Shown: piece after piece, positions 26,349 through 36,355 of the stretch | Layout of the letters: each line of letters starts with the position of its first letter | Numbering within the stretch: the stretch's first letter is position 1 | DNA from: a virus | Lineage: Duplodnaviria > Caudoviricetes | Length of the DNA: 40,960 nt | Direction: 5' to 3' (one strand) | IMG/VR virus record: IMGVR_UViG_3300048086_000003 | Coordinates: 1 to 40,960 of that record | The notes under the pieces: model-generated | What the model was told of the DNA's origin: nothing | The model's database searches: none | The model's input: only the letters and a program-made list of their open reading frames with translations | Program-made: the position numbers and the translations under genes

Positions 26349-29300
26349 GTAACGGCGACGAAGCGGCAGTTAACCCGTTTGTGCAGCTGCGAGCGTTAAA
26401 GGAGCAGCAGGCTAGCGGCACGCCTACTCCTGCGCCTGCTGCGCCTAATCCGTTCTTACAGCGGGAAAGGAACCCGTTCCTACGGATTAGACCGAGTGCG
26501 CCATACTCAATGGCTGAGGAGCATCCAGCCATACATTTCCTGTCGGAAATAGTTAGAGCTACAGTACGTCAGACAGGGTCCGCACTGTGGTTTGCTGCTA
26601 CGCATCCACAGCCACAAGAAGGTCACGGCGATTCGTTCGAGGCAGTGCAAGCCTCAGCGCAGCGGGCGTTCAGCGATTTTCAGGCTCTGCCTCGCGAAAA
26701 GCAACGAGACATACAGGACGGCGCCGCCTTTATAGCATCCTTTGGTTTAGGTGGAGTGGCAGAAACCTTCCTGCCAAAGATCATGGGCCCTGTTACTGAG
26801 AGTGCATCGAGATTTGTTAGGCCAGGTCCAGTGCTAGGCAAGTGGGGCAGCTTCGCTGCGAACGAGTTCTTGGGCGGAGGAGTATACGGCGCTACGCGAT
26901 CGCTAGATGAGGATGAGTCTCGCGCTAGCGCGATCTTTGGAGACGCAGCTACGTTCGCGACGCTAGGACTCGGATTCCGAGCTACCGGAGAAGGTATCGC
27001 TGCGTTGCTTAAGCGCCGCATCATGCGCTTGCCAGAAGCCAAGAGAACCGAAGCTCAACGGATCGTACAGGAAGGACTGAGCGGTATTCGGAGTGATCTG
27101 TCTTCTGGAGGAGTGAATCTTACTGACCTACCCCCAGATGCGCGAGCGAAGCTCGAAGAGCCGATACTTCAGCAGGCTCTCCTGCAGGTCGATCCGGCTG
27201 CAGTTAACTTAGAGCAAGTTGTTCGAGAGGAAGCCGATCGAGCGACAATCGACAAGCCCTTCGACGAGGCAAGGCCGACTCGGAATCTGGAAGACGAGTT
27301 TGATCGACACTTGGCTGAGCATCCGCTGACGAAGACTCCGCCGTTGGAGGAGAGCGCGGCTGCGCTGCCTGAGGTCAAGCCGGGCGAGGAGCGTCTTGCT
27401 AATATAGCCGTTATGGGACGCAGTGGGCGGGTCTACAAGCCGAAGCGTGGTGAGATTACGCATCCTGAGTTGTTCATGAATCTGATCGAACTCGACGGAG
27501 TCTCACCTAATGAGTTCTTTGACAGCGGAGCTCAAAATCTCGCTACGAGCGACGCTAGAGGATACAGCACCACTAAGGGTGCTTACGTTACGGTGAAGCA
27601 AGCTGAGGACGCAGGTCTGCGTGGTCAGACCCTCGCGGAGCGGGCGAAGGGAACTGCGTCGGAAGGCGAGCAGATCGTTGGACCTGCGGTACGCGGCCGC
27701 TCAGGAGACACGTATGTAGGTGGGACTAGCCATCCTGAAGTCATGGCTCAGGCGATACGAGACGGTGTGCCAAAGCGAGAGTTCAAGGGCGCACTTGAGG
27801 ACGCCGATCATCCTAACCGCGGCTTCCGTACGACGCATCGTGAGTTCATTACACGCGAGCAAGCAGCGGAACTGACAGGGCATCCAACTCCATTATATAG
27901 TGAAGACATGCACGCGAAGAAGATGTTGCCGACGGAGTCGACGGAGGCAGCGGAGAGGACTGTTAGTATAGAATCTGAGCCAGTTGCTGCACTAAACGCA
28001 GCAACCGACCACGCTGTTGCTCAGCTTGAACCACTACAGACGGCCACACCTGGCGTGAAGTCAGCAACTGAGGAGGTGCAGAAGCTGATTGAAATACACG
28101 GCTTGCCGGAAAAGGCGCCGTCAAGACACCTCCGCGACGTTCTATCAACCTCTCTCGATCGTGAAGGACCAGCCGCCGAGATAGGTGTGACGTTGGCCTT
28201 AACTCAACCTGGTCCGATTGAGTTGCAACTCGGAAGAAAAATCGGAGCAAACCAGATAAAGAGAATACGGGAGCAGTTGGAAAGAACGCTGCGTAGGGAA
28301 AGATCGCTAATCGAGGTGTCTCCACACGAACGTGTAGCAGCGCCGTGGCAAGAGGTTGCGCCAGAGCTGATCGTGCCGAAGAAGCTCGACGGCTTCGAGA
28401 TTGCGGGGCATGTGAAGGATACAGACCAACTGAACCAGGCACTGATGGACGTGTTGAGAAATAGGAGCGGCTTTATTAAGCCTGAGTATCTAGCACGCCT
28501 GACCGCGGCTGGCGTAGGTGGCACCATGTCAGCGTTGGGCTGGTTCGACGATAACTTGCCTGACGGAATGAGGACCGGGCTGAAAGCCTACGGTGCGTTC
28601 ATCTTGCTTGCTTCGATGTTCCCCGGCTATCGTCGCCTCATGGAGCGTTCGCAGTTAGTCAGGGACCTAGTGAAGACCTACAGTCCCGGCCGTGCACTTG
28701 CTAAGGGCGGTGAGGAATGGCGGCAGTACGGAGAGGCCTTCACGCGCAGTAGCCTACGGCAGCATGAGGCGCGCGAGGCGATAAAGGCTGTGTTCCCTGA
28801 TGAGGCTTCGCTGCGCGCAGGAGCACTGGCGATTGACGAGGGACCGGCTGCACCAGAGTTTCACGCACTGACGACGCAACAGCAACAGATGGCCGTCATT
28901 GCACATCAGGTGAACCTTCGATTAGGGCTATTAGCAAAAGCGAACCGAACACTGTCGGAGCATCAGGAGAGTTTCATCCGGCACCTCCTCCCCGAATCGA
29001 CATTCCAGCGTTGGAAGGAACTTGGCGGAGCTAGGGCGTTGCCGCAGACACTATCCATACGGGGGCTTGAAGACTGGACGAAGAAGCAGGGACTGAAGGG
29101 CCCAGTGATGGATGCTTCGGTAATTTACTCCCGCCACTTAGACGAGACTCATCGGATGCTGGCAGTAGCCCGCCTGCGGAACGAGTTGCTGCGTGCTGGT
29201 ACGATACAGCCACTACCGTCCCCAGGTCAGGCGATGCCTCCGGGATGGCGTGAGATAAAGGACGTGCCTGGCATGGCCAACAGCATGGCTCCAGAGGAGG

Positions 29301-30709
29301 ATGCTCACGATCTTCGAATTATCTCCAGTACCAACGCTCCGAAGGGTGAGGTGCTAAACGCGCTGGATCGCGTCAAGTCCCGCTGGGTCAAGTCGATCAT
29401 GTTCTGGTGGTGGGAGCACGGTGTAAATGCGATGAGGACGTATCTTGCACTGTCTTTCAACCCTACGAAGTACTTCGACGGTGTGGAGTACCTGAAGGAT
29501 CCTGCTATCCGAGAAGAGATGGCTGCAAACGGAGTGAACGTTTTTGGCCAGTCGACAGACTACATGACGCGTGTACATGGCAGCTGGAAGGATCTACTGA
29601 GCCATATCAATCTCCCAGGTCTCGGGGCGAGTATCGACAAGCTACAAGAGAAGAACGATCGGCTGTTGTGGGAGAAGATTATTCCCGCACTTCAAACCTT
29701 TGCCTACGTCACTCGCATGAAGGACTGGACAGAGCGGAATGCGGGTAAGTTTGGCGAAGCTGAGTACATCGCTGAGGGACGACGCGTTGGGGACTTTGTC
29801 AACACTATCGCTGGCAAGGTCCCACAGCATCTAGCTGACAAGAATCTTGCTCGCGGCATGCGGCTACTCATGTTCAGCCCACAGTGGACAGGTACTCGAA
29901 TGGCTATGTGGATGCACGCTGCTGGCGAGGCCAGTGACGTCATGGCCGGCAAGCTCGATCCGAGGAATGCGCTATACCTACCAATGAAGTTGCGGCAACT
30001 AGCGTGGGGCGTGGCACTGACCTACGTCGGCTCGATGCTGATGAGTGGCAAGCCGCCGGAGTTCAATCCGAACAACTCCCGCTTCTACATGAGGACCGGC
30101 TCGAAAGATAGTCGTGGTCGGGAGGTAGGTGTTGACCTTACAGGCTGGTGGCAGGATGAGTTTCGCTTCGCGAGTCATCCGTTTGACTTTATAATGAACC
30201 GTCTGAATCCAGTCTTAAAAGTCGGCCTGAACACGATTGAGGGACGCGACTATCTTGGCAGACCGATGACGACTGGGCAGACCATAGGGAACATTATCTC
30301 CTCCCTCGGCCCGCCAGCACAGATCGGCGCCGACGTCGCGAAGATCGCGAGAACCGTAGCGGGAAAGGATCGCATTGCCGCTGGTGACATATGGCAGATG
30401 GCTAGCCGCTCACTAGCGACAGGCAACGTAGCCGTGTTGCCGCCTGCTATGAACGCGACGTTGGCAAAGTATGCGAGGAAGATACTTATTCAGCAGGGCA
30501 TCCCCGCTTCGTCAGATCACGTCTACGAGCTCGCGCAGCGCATGCGGTCGAATCTGCTAAACGGTCGTGACTTGATCGACGAAGGAACCATATCCCTACT
30601 CGCATCACGTAAGCGTTCTTCGATGTGGGAGTTCCCACTTCCCGGATCTGCGGCATTCAGCGGATTGTGGCAAGAGGCGCGTGGCGTGCTTGCAGACTTC
30701 CAGCAGTGA
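26345..30709 (+). CDS. Large ejection (DNA transfer) protein
   Basis: 1454 aa, helical, NPF repeats at the N-terminus, Gly-rich hydrophobic segments; position analogous to T7 gp16. Confidence 0.7.
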   Translation: MSNGDEAAVNPFVQLRALKEQQASGTPTPAPAAPNPFLQRERNPFLRIRPSAPYSMAEEHPAIHFLSEIVRATVRQTGSALWFAATHPQPQEGHGDSFEAVQASAQRAFSDFQALPREKQRDIQDGAAFIASFGLGGVAETFLPKIMGPVTESASRFVRPGPVLGKWGSFAANEFLGGGVYGATRSLDEDESRASAIFGDAATFATLGLGFRATGEGIAALLKRRIMRLPEAKRTEAQRIVQEGLSGIRSDLSSGGVNLTDLPPDARAKLEEPILQQALLQVDPAAVNLEQVVREEADRATIDKPFDEARPTRNLEDEFDRHLAEHPLTKTPPLEESAAALPEVKPGEERLANIAVMGRSGRVYKPKRGEITHPELFMNLIELDGVSPNEFFDSGAQNLATSDARGYSTTKGAYVTVKQAEDAGLRGQTLAERAKGTASEGEQIVGPAVRGRSGDTYVGGTSHPEVMAQAIRDGVPKREFKGALEDADHPNRGFRTTHREFITREQAAELTGHPTPLYSEDMHAKKMLPTESTEAAERTVSIESEPVAALNAATDHAVAQLEPLQTATPGVKSATEEVQKLIEIHGLPEKAPSRHLRDVLSTSLDREGPAAEIGVTLALTQPGPIELQLGRKIGANQIKRIREQLERTLRRERSLIEVSPHERVAAPWQEVAPELIVPKKLDGFEIAGHVKDTDQLNQALMDVLRNRSGFIKPEYLARLTAAGVGGTMSALGWFDDNLPDGMRTGLKAYGAFILLASMFPGYRRLMERSQLVRDLVKTYSPGRALAKGGEEWRQYGEAFTRSSLRQHEAREAIKAVFPDEASLRAGALAIDEGPAAPEFHALTTQQQQMAVIAHQVNLRLGLLAKANRTLSEHQESFIRHLLPESTFQRWKELGGARALPQTLSIRGLEDWTKKQGLKGPVMDASVIYSRHLDETHRMLAVARLRNELLRAGTIQPLPSPGQAMPPGWREIKDVPGMANSMAPEEDAHDLRIISSTNAPKGEVLNALDRVKSRWVKSIMFWWWEHGVNAMRTYLALSFNPTKYFDGVEYLKDPAIREEMAANGVNVFGQSTDYMTRVHGSWKDLLSHINLPGLGASIDKLQEKNDRLLWEKIIPALQTFAYVTRMKDWTERNAGKFGEAEYIAEGRRVGDFVNTIAGKVPQHLADKNLARGMRLLMFSPQWTGTRMAMWMHAAGEASDVMAGKLDPRNALYLPMKLRQLAWGVALTYVGSMLMSGKPPEFNPNNSRFYMRTGSKDSRGREVGVDLTGWWQDEFRFASHPFDFIMNRLNPVLKVGLNTIEGRDYLGRPMTTGQTIGNIISSLGPPAQIGADVAKIARTVAGKDRIAAGDIWQMASRSLATGNVAVLPPAMNATLAKYARKILIQQGIPASSDHVYELAQRMRSNLLNGRDLIDEGTISLLASRKRSSMWEFPLPGSAAFSGLWQEARGVLADFQQ

Positions 30710-31995
30710 GCAAACTCATCATGGTCACTCGCGACTGGTCAGGGCTTGGCCTGGCGGTGCTTGCTAAGTCCCAGGGCTCCGACGTCGTTGTCGCATATGA
30801 CTACGACGAGGAAGCAGACGACATCGAGCATACTAAGCTAATCGGCAACGGACTCCTTGACAAGATTCCAGTCGCTGAGGCAACGAAGAAGCTCATCATG
30901 CGTGGAAACGTATGGTTCTTCGACAGCAACGCACTTCCCACTCTCGCGGAACGCCTTAAGCGCGCTGATGAAGCGGTCGTAGGCACTAGCGCGCTCTCCG
31001 CGAAAATGGAGAACGATAGGGACTACGCAGTAGGGATCGCGGAGTCTGTGGGGCTCAAGGCTCCAGAGACTAAGAAGTTCACGGATTACGATACGGCTAT
31101 CAAGTTCCTGGAGTCGAATAAAGACCGATCCTATGTCTACAAGCCATATGAGGGGGACGCGACCTCGACGTACGTTCCACAAGAGCGAGACGACTTCGCG
31201 AAAGCAAACGAGGAGCTCAGGGAATATATCGGTAGCTTGTCCGAAGGCAAGCCTCAGTTTGTTCTTCAAGAGGTTGTTGAAGGAATAGAGGCCGCCTTCG
31301 ACCTCTGGCTCAGAGACGGTGCCCCCGTTGCCGCCTTCCTTGACCTCGAAGCTAAGCGCAAGATGACTGGTGACTTGGGGGAGAATATAGGTTGCGCAGG
31401 CGGCTACGTACTCAAAGTGCGCCCCAGCGCGAGGGGGATCAAGGAGACTATCGGTAAGTACCTTAAATGGGACGGTCTGAAGGGCTACACTGGCTCGATA
31501 GACGTCAACATCATCGTCACGAAACGTGGTCCCCTTTTTCTCGAGAACTGCTTTCGTTTTGGCTACGCAGCTTATCCAAGTATGTTCCATGTTCTCGCTC
31601 GTAAGTCAGTAGAAGAAACACTCCGTGAGTGGATTACTGGCAAAGGGCAGATGGACTCCTGGTTCAGACCCGGCTTCGCCGGCTCGCTAACGCTCACTAG
31701 CGACTGCGTAAAAGACGGGCAACCGCTGATGGTACCGAAAGCGATCAAAGATCAGGTCGATCTCTACCGAGCCTACGAGCAAGACGGGCATCTCCGATTG
31801 GTTGAGGGCTGGCCGGAGATGTGCGCTGTCACAGCGCCAGGCCTGACGATTCCTGAAGCTGGAGCCAGTTGCCTCAAGCTCGCTGAGCAGGTAAGCTTCC
31901 CAGGTAAGGGATACAGACTCGACCTGGCCCAGAGTACTCTACCTACCCTTCCGCTTTCGCGATTTCAGAGCTTGAATCTTCTTGGCTATATCTAG
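30706..31995 (+). CDS. PurD-like ATP-grasp ligase
   Basis: GTGA-coupled start. SAKMENDR, YVYKP, FVLQEVVEGIE, EAKRKMTGDLGENIGCAG, FLENCFRFGY. Confidence 0.8.
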   Translation: MSKLIMVTRDWSGLGLAVLAKSQGSDVVVAYDYDEEADDIEHTKLIGNGLLDKIPVAEATKKLIMRGNVWFFDSNALPTLAERLKRADEAVVGTSALSAKMENDRDYAVGIAESVGLKAPETKKFTDYDTAIKFLESNKDRSYVYKPYEGDATSTYVPQERDDFAKANEELREYIGSLSEGKPQFVLQEVVEGIEAAFDLWLRDGAPVAAFLDLEAKRKMTGDLGENIGCAGGYVLKVRPSARGIKETIGKYLKWDGLKGYTGSIDVNIIVTKRGPLFLENCFRFGYAAYPSMFHVLARKSVEETLREWITGKGQMDSWFRPGFAGSLTLTSDCVKDGQPLMVPKAIKDQVDLYRAYEQDGHLRLVEGWPEMCAVTAPGLTIPEAGASCLKLAEQVSFPGKGYRLDLAQSTLPTLPLSRFQSLNLLGYI

Positions 31996-32049
31996 CGCCA
32001 GTATCAACCCGACAGCGATCAGCGCGCTGGCTGTCCAGAATACACTCAA
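31939..32049 (-). CDS. 36-aa single-pass membrane peptide
   Basis: MSVFWTASALIAVGLILALDIAKKIQALKSRKRKGR; TTGA overlap with the upstream stop. Confidence 0.55.
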   Translation of the reverse strand: MSVFWTASALIAVGLILALDIAKKIQALKSRKRKGR

Positions 32050-32384
32050 AATGGTAGCCCGTCACTCTCTAAAGGGTGGGTCCGAGAAGGCGGTCTCCGG
32101 GAAAGAATAACAGCCCATTCTCGACGGTTCACCTCATCACACGCCTTCCGCCACAACTCGTCGAACGTACCCGCCGTCCGGAGGCCAGCAGCTAGCTCCG
32201 CCCGCCACTTGTCCAAGCTCGGACAAGGCGATGCGTTCGAGCGTCGTATCAGCTCAGCCTGAGCGGCGTAGACGGCGCTAAGGTTCATCCTACAGCTGCC
32301 AACAATCTGAACTAGCGCATAGTCCGGTGAGTTACGGCAGACCTGTTCCCACTCTTTCCCGGTCAGCATCCTCTTTCCCTCCAT
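32046..32384 (-). CDS. Hypothetical protein
   Basis: Tiles the minus-strand operon; exact start uncertain. Confidence 0.55.
   Translation of the reverse strand: MEGKRMLTGKEWEQVCRNSPDYALVQIVGSCRMNLSAVYAAQAELIRRSNASPCPSLDKWRAELAAGLRTAGTFDELWRKACDEVNRREWAVILSRRPPSRTHPLESDGLPF
32208..32227. promoter_or_regulatory. Palindromic site 5, CTTGTCC-AAGCTC-GGACAAG
   Basis: Perfect copy inside ORF 32046-32384. Confidence 0.8.
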
Positions 32385-32403
32385 CCTTTTAGTATTGATC
32401 CCA

Positions 32404-33576
32404 TCACTTCTTCTCCTGCGCTTCGAGGAAGTCTGTTGGGTAGTATTTAGGGCCAGTCGGATCTTGGACTACTCTTATGTGCCCCATCATGCCTAAGGTA
32501 GTTAGCACCTCATCCAGTTCCTCCTTACGGACGCTGTGCGACAGCATTCTCAGTAACGATCCGTAATCTATGCCAGGCTTAGTTAGTACTGCCTGACCAG
32601 CTTTGACTATATCCAATGTTAGTGGATTCTTGCCGACGGCGGCAAAGGTCTTAGTCATAGCTGGTTCGATATGTCCTAACAATATTAGCGCTCGCTCCAA
32701 GTCCTCCTTTATAATGATTGGTTCGTCGTGCTTGCTTGCAGCCGTTAGCATAGCAACTTTTAGCAGGTGCATCCCCTTTCGTTCAAAGTAACCAGACAGC
32801 CTCGGATCAGCTGCGGAGTCCCGCTTCTGATCCGCCAGGTCCCATGCTTTATAGAATTCCTTCGCGTCGGGAGCGAGGGTGTATTGGCCTGAAATCAGTG
32901 AGATAGTTATCAGATCCTTAATCAATATCTCTTTCAGCTCGATCTGCTCCTTATTTAGTTCCGGAAACGCTTCTCTGACTCGCGGCGTGTCTTGGTACAC
33001 AAACAAGATACGTGCTGTCAGACCGATGCCGACTGTATCGAGTGGCAACGAGCTGGCTATCCAGTCTGGTGTAGTTGCTCCTTCGAGGTTCAGATATGGC
33101 GCTTTGATCTTATTCGTCCCGCCCATCTTCGTCTTGTGAGACCACTCGTCTGGACTATCGTAGATGTCAGTAAGAAACACTACCATGTCCATACCTGAGC
33201 TTGTCAGCAGACTGGCGAACTCAGAGTTATACGAAGTCATGCTGGAGTGGCCGTCTTTCAGAGCCTGTGTCAAGTCCTGGATCAGTCGCTCGCGAGTGAT
33301 CGAGTCCGTGCTGAAGTTGGCAGTAGGCACCTTTGCTAGCATACTCCTACCAATTCGCATGGCGGTAGACTTCTTGCAACGTCCAGGTGGACCGACTAGA
33401 ATTACATACAAGTTCGGATACAGTAGGAAGTAGTCCATGTTAAAGAACGCCTTCCTCTGTACCGCGCCTGCAATGACCGACAGAGCGGTCCACAGATGGT
33501 ATTCGTCTGGCGCTCTGGACTGTGCAGTATACACCATGTACGCATCTATCCAGTCCGGCAGCAGCCTGTCACTCAC
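32404..33576 (-). CDS. DUF3987-like P-loop protein, probable replicative helicase
   Basis: PNLYVILVGPPGRCKKST Walker A-like motif, SEFASLL, LTDIYD, GATTP, GLTARILFV; GTGA-coupled start at 33576. Confidence 0.75.
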   Translation of the reverse strand: MSDRLLPDWIDAYMVYTAQSRAPDEYHLWTALSVIAGAVQRKAFFNMDYFLLYPNLYVILVGPPGRCKKSTAMRIGRSMLAKVPTANFSTDSITRERLIQDLTQALKDGHSSMTSYNSEFASLLTSSGMDMVVFLTDIYDSPDEWSHKTKMGGTNKIKAPYLNLEGATTPDWIASSLPLDTVGIGLTARILFVYQDTPRVREAFPELNKEQIELKEILIKDLITISLISGQYTLAPDAKEFYKAWDLADQKRDSAADPRLSGYFERKGMHLLKVAMLTAASKHDEPIIIKEDLERALILLGHIEPAMTKTFAAVGKNPLTLDIVKAGQAVLTKPGIDYGSLLRMLSHSVRKEELDEVLTTLGMMGHIRVVQDPTGPKYYPTDFLEAQEKK

Positions 33577-33761
33577 GCTTCCCAGTACTCCACTTCCCAT
33601 CCTCTGGATTCGAGTATCTTCATCGCGTCTGAGATACTGAGATTCATGACGTGCTGGAGTATGTTATCTGATCCGAGAAACACCGTGCCGTCTACACGAG
33701 TTCTAATCCACCCTTCGGTGTTCTCGTTGACGAACCGAATAGTGTAAGCTCTACTCGTCAC
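33573..33761 (-). CDS. Small hypothetical protein
   Basis: GTGA coupling to the polymerase stop and to the downstream start. Confidence 0.65.
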   Translation of the reverse strand: MTSRAYTIRFVNENTEGWIRTRVDGTVFLGSDNILQHVMNLSISDAMKILESRGWEVEYWEA

Positions 33762-36100
33762 GTTTGCGCTTTCCACTTGCGAAGCCCTTCCGGGTTGTCT
33801 TCCGACGCTTCGTTCCAATTTCGGCCGACTTTCGCTTCCGCAGGGATAACGAGAGTTCGTCCGTGAATTGGGATAGGAACTTGCATAGCTTCAATGACCT
33901 TCGGGACGACAGTCGGAACATCCTGCTCATCGCATTGCCCGAGGATCGCATCGTGCTCGTTAAGAAGCACTTCTGCACCTTCGACTCTGGAGGCGTTAAG
34001 CATTCCAATTTCAGCGAGTACTCCCACGGTACACTGTGGGATGAATGCGAGGGCCTCGTTAATGAACTGGACGGAGTCCCAGCGGCCGAAGAACTGTCTT
34101 TTCCACCCGAGGGGGGTGGTAAGTAGCCGGTACTTGAGGTCTCGTTTAACATCGCTCCACCATACCTCCTTAATTTCTGGATACAGCATGAAGAAGCCTT
34201 CTTGGGCAATAGCCACTTCGTGACGAACGAGTCGAATAGGTGGATTCTCGGATGCCGCAACTGTCACGATTCGGTCTACTCCTTCACCATAGATCGAACC
34301 ATACACAGTTCGCTTTACTGCGAGCCGCTTCTCTTCAGTATATGAGCCAAAGAATCGCTCAGAGTTCTCCTTGTGGATATCTCTTCCTGACGCGAATGCT
34401 TCAATAAGTGAATCACATCGTGCAAGATACGCCACGACTCGGAGCTCAGCTTGAGAGAGGTCCACGTAGAAAAGGACCTTCCCAGGGTCAGCAATGAACA
34501 TCTTTCGCATCTTCGGCGGTATGTTCTGTAGGTTAGTCCCAGAACCGTAAATGTTCGCTCGGGAAGCCAGTCGCCCTGTTCGAGTGCCCGAAGGATCAAA
34601 TAGGCATCTAAGTCTCCCGTCAGCGTCAACGTTGGCATTGATATATCTTTCGATAAGGTCTCGGCGGCGACGAATCTCAAGGATCGTCATGAGGACAGGA
34701 TGCTGGTACTTGGCTGCCAGCTCGGTGATCGCGTCTTTGTTAGCGGTCGGTCGTTTTGTCTCCCTGTGATACTTGACTGGTAGTCCCAGCGTCTCATATA
34801 ACAGCTTGTGCATGTCTGGAGCCGACTTGACGTTTAGCGGCTTGCCTGCCGACTTGTCTAGGAACGCTTGGAGGTTATCAATCTCCTTAGTGTACTGTAC
34901 TCGGAACGCTTCTCGCTGAATAAGGTCTATCAGTACACCCCGTCTCGACATCTGCCTAAGCAGCGGAAGGATACGCATCTCATGGTCGAAGACGTGTCGA
35001 ACTCCGAACTCGGCCAGTTCGCGCTCCTGAACGGATCGAATCTCGTAGGTACAGGCAGCGTCTTTTCCGTTGTAGACGTGAAAGTTGTGAAGATCTTCTG
35101 GAGACAGGGTATCGAGCTTGCTCCACAACTTACCATCGTCCTTGTAGAACGGTTCCTTGGTGTAGATACTGACTTGGAACCCGAGCCCTTTAGCAAGAGG
35201 AGACTTAGCGCCAGCTTTACCGCCACGAAGAGCCTTAACTTCGTCGCCACCGCTTGCCGATTCCATGAGAAGCGCGTGATGAGCATACATTATGTCCCAC
35301 TGGAAGTTCGTGACCTCGTACCCGCGGTCTTCAAGTACAGTAAGATCGTACTGACCGAAGTTTTGACCGCACTTTCGTGCGGGGGATGATAGTAGGCGGC
35401 GTATCGCGAAGTCCGCGCCTGAAGCCGAAACAGGCACGACAAGAGCGCGCGTCGGGCTATCGCTAAATCCAACGCAGTGGATTCCATCAGGCGTCCCCTC
35501 AATGTCGACTGAGAGCCAGTCAGTGTTGAACATCTCCTCAACCCATTCAGCGCCGTTGGGCCAGACACGAATGTCACGCTTGGGGAGAATAATCTCAGGA
35601 AACTTCGCCTCCTCAGCCATTCTTTTCATGTCTAGCTGTATTAGTGCTTTGTTCTCATACATACGGAAGACGGAAGCTGGATGGTAAGTTGCTACGACCT
35701 TCTGCCCTTTCACTAGCGACGATTCGAGTATCGAGCCGCGATACTTCGTAATCGAGTGTTTGTTGGTCAAGAACCTTAGCGGCACGTCGCCAAGGGCGAT
35801 GACTAGATTCGGTCGTATGTCCATGATATCTTGCTTGAGTTTCAAGATGCCTTGCAACAGGCACATTGCTAGCTGCGGCTTCAGGAAGGATTCGAACTTG
35901 TTATTTGGAGGACGTTCGTGGCAGACATTCGTTACAAAGACCTCGGTATGGCGGTCTATGTGAACGTCTGTTAGATACCGATTGAGGTCTTCACCAGAGG
36001 CACCTGAGAACGGGATGCCAGTCTGATCTTCCATCGCCCCCGGCGCTTCGCCACAGGCAATGATCTTAGCTGTTCGTGGACCTGATTGTATTAGTCGCAC
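33758..36100 (-). CDS. polA: Family A DNA polymerase with N-terminal family-4 uracil-DNA glycosylase domain
   Basis: UDG motifs GEAPG..ED..G.PF.G.SG and TYHPA. Exonuclease motifs DIE, NFGQYD, YNGKD. Polymerase motifs TRTGRLAS, NLQNIP, DLSQAELR, RLAVKRTVYGSIYG, EHDA. Confidence 0.95.
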   Translation of the reverse strand: MRLIQSGPRTAKIIACGEAPGAMEDQTGIPFSGASGEDLNRYLTDVHIDRHTEVFVTNVCHERPPNNKFESFLKPQLAMCLLQGILKLKQDIMDIRPNLVIALGDVPLRFLTNKHSITKYRGSILESSLVKGQKVVATYHPASVFRMYENKALIQLDMKRMAEEAKFPEIILPKRDIRVWPNGAEWVEEMFNTDWLSVDIEGTPDGIHCVGFSDSPTRALVVPVSASGADFAIRRLLSSPARKCGQNFGQYDLTVLEDRGYEVTNFQWDIMYAHHALLMESASGGDEVKALRGGKAGAKSPLAKGLGFQVSIYTKEPFYKDDGKLWSKLDTLSPEDLHNFHVYNGKDAACTYEIRSVQERELAEFGVRHVFDHEMRILPLLRQMSRRGVLIDLIQREAFRVQYTKEIDNLQAFLDKSAGKPLNVKSAPDMHKLLYETLGLPVKYHRETKRPTANKDAITELAAKYQHPVLMTILEIRRRRDLIERYINANVDADGRLRCLFDPSGTRTGRLASRANIYGSGTNLQNIPPKMRKMFIADPGKVLFYVDLSQAELRVVAYLARCDSLIEAFASGRDIHKENSERFFGSYTEEKRLAVKRTVYGSIYGEGVDRIVTVAASENPPIRLVRHEVAIAQEGFFMLYPEIKEVWWSDVKRDLKYRLLTTPLGWKRQFFGRWDSVQFINEALAFIPQCTVGVLAEIGMLNASRVEGAEVLLNEHDAILGQCDEQDVPTVVPKVIEAMQVPIPIHGRTLVIPAEAKVGRNWNEASEDNPEGLRKWKAQT

Positions 36101-36115
36101 AAGACCTTTCGGGCG

Positions 36116-36355
36116 CTACTCGCCATCGTCTTGGTCGTTCCAGCTCTTAATCATCCTCAATCCGGCGATGATTCCCTGTTCGACGCCTTGCTCGCGGCCT
36201 ATGAGCGCCGCTTCGTATAGTGCTTCTACTACCATGTTGGCTAGATGAGTCGCAACGTTCCTGTCAACGTGGCCTCTCTGCCACTCAACCAAGCGTGGTA
36301 TGAGCGCGTTTTCAGCGACTCGTTTTAGCTGCGCAGCGTTTAATTCAACTGCCAT
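36116..36355 (-). CDS. Hypothetical protein
   Basis: ATG 36355 overlaps the end of the MTase gene; fills the gap to the polymerase. Confidence 0.6.
   Translation of the reverse strand: MAVELNAAQLKRVAENALIPRLVEWQRGHVDRNVATHLANMVVEALYEAALIGREQGVEQGIIAGLRMIKSWNDQDDGE

Noticed and set aside
30706-31995. Gene symbol purD / purine-synthesis auxiliary gene
   Set aside because: PurD-specific substrate-binding motifs are missing or altered.
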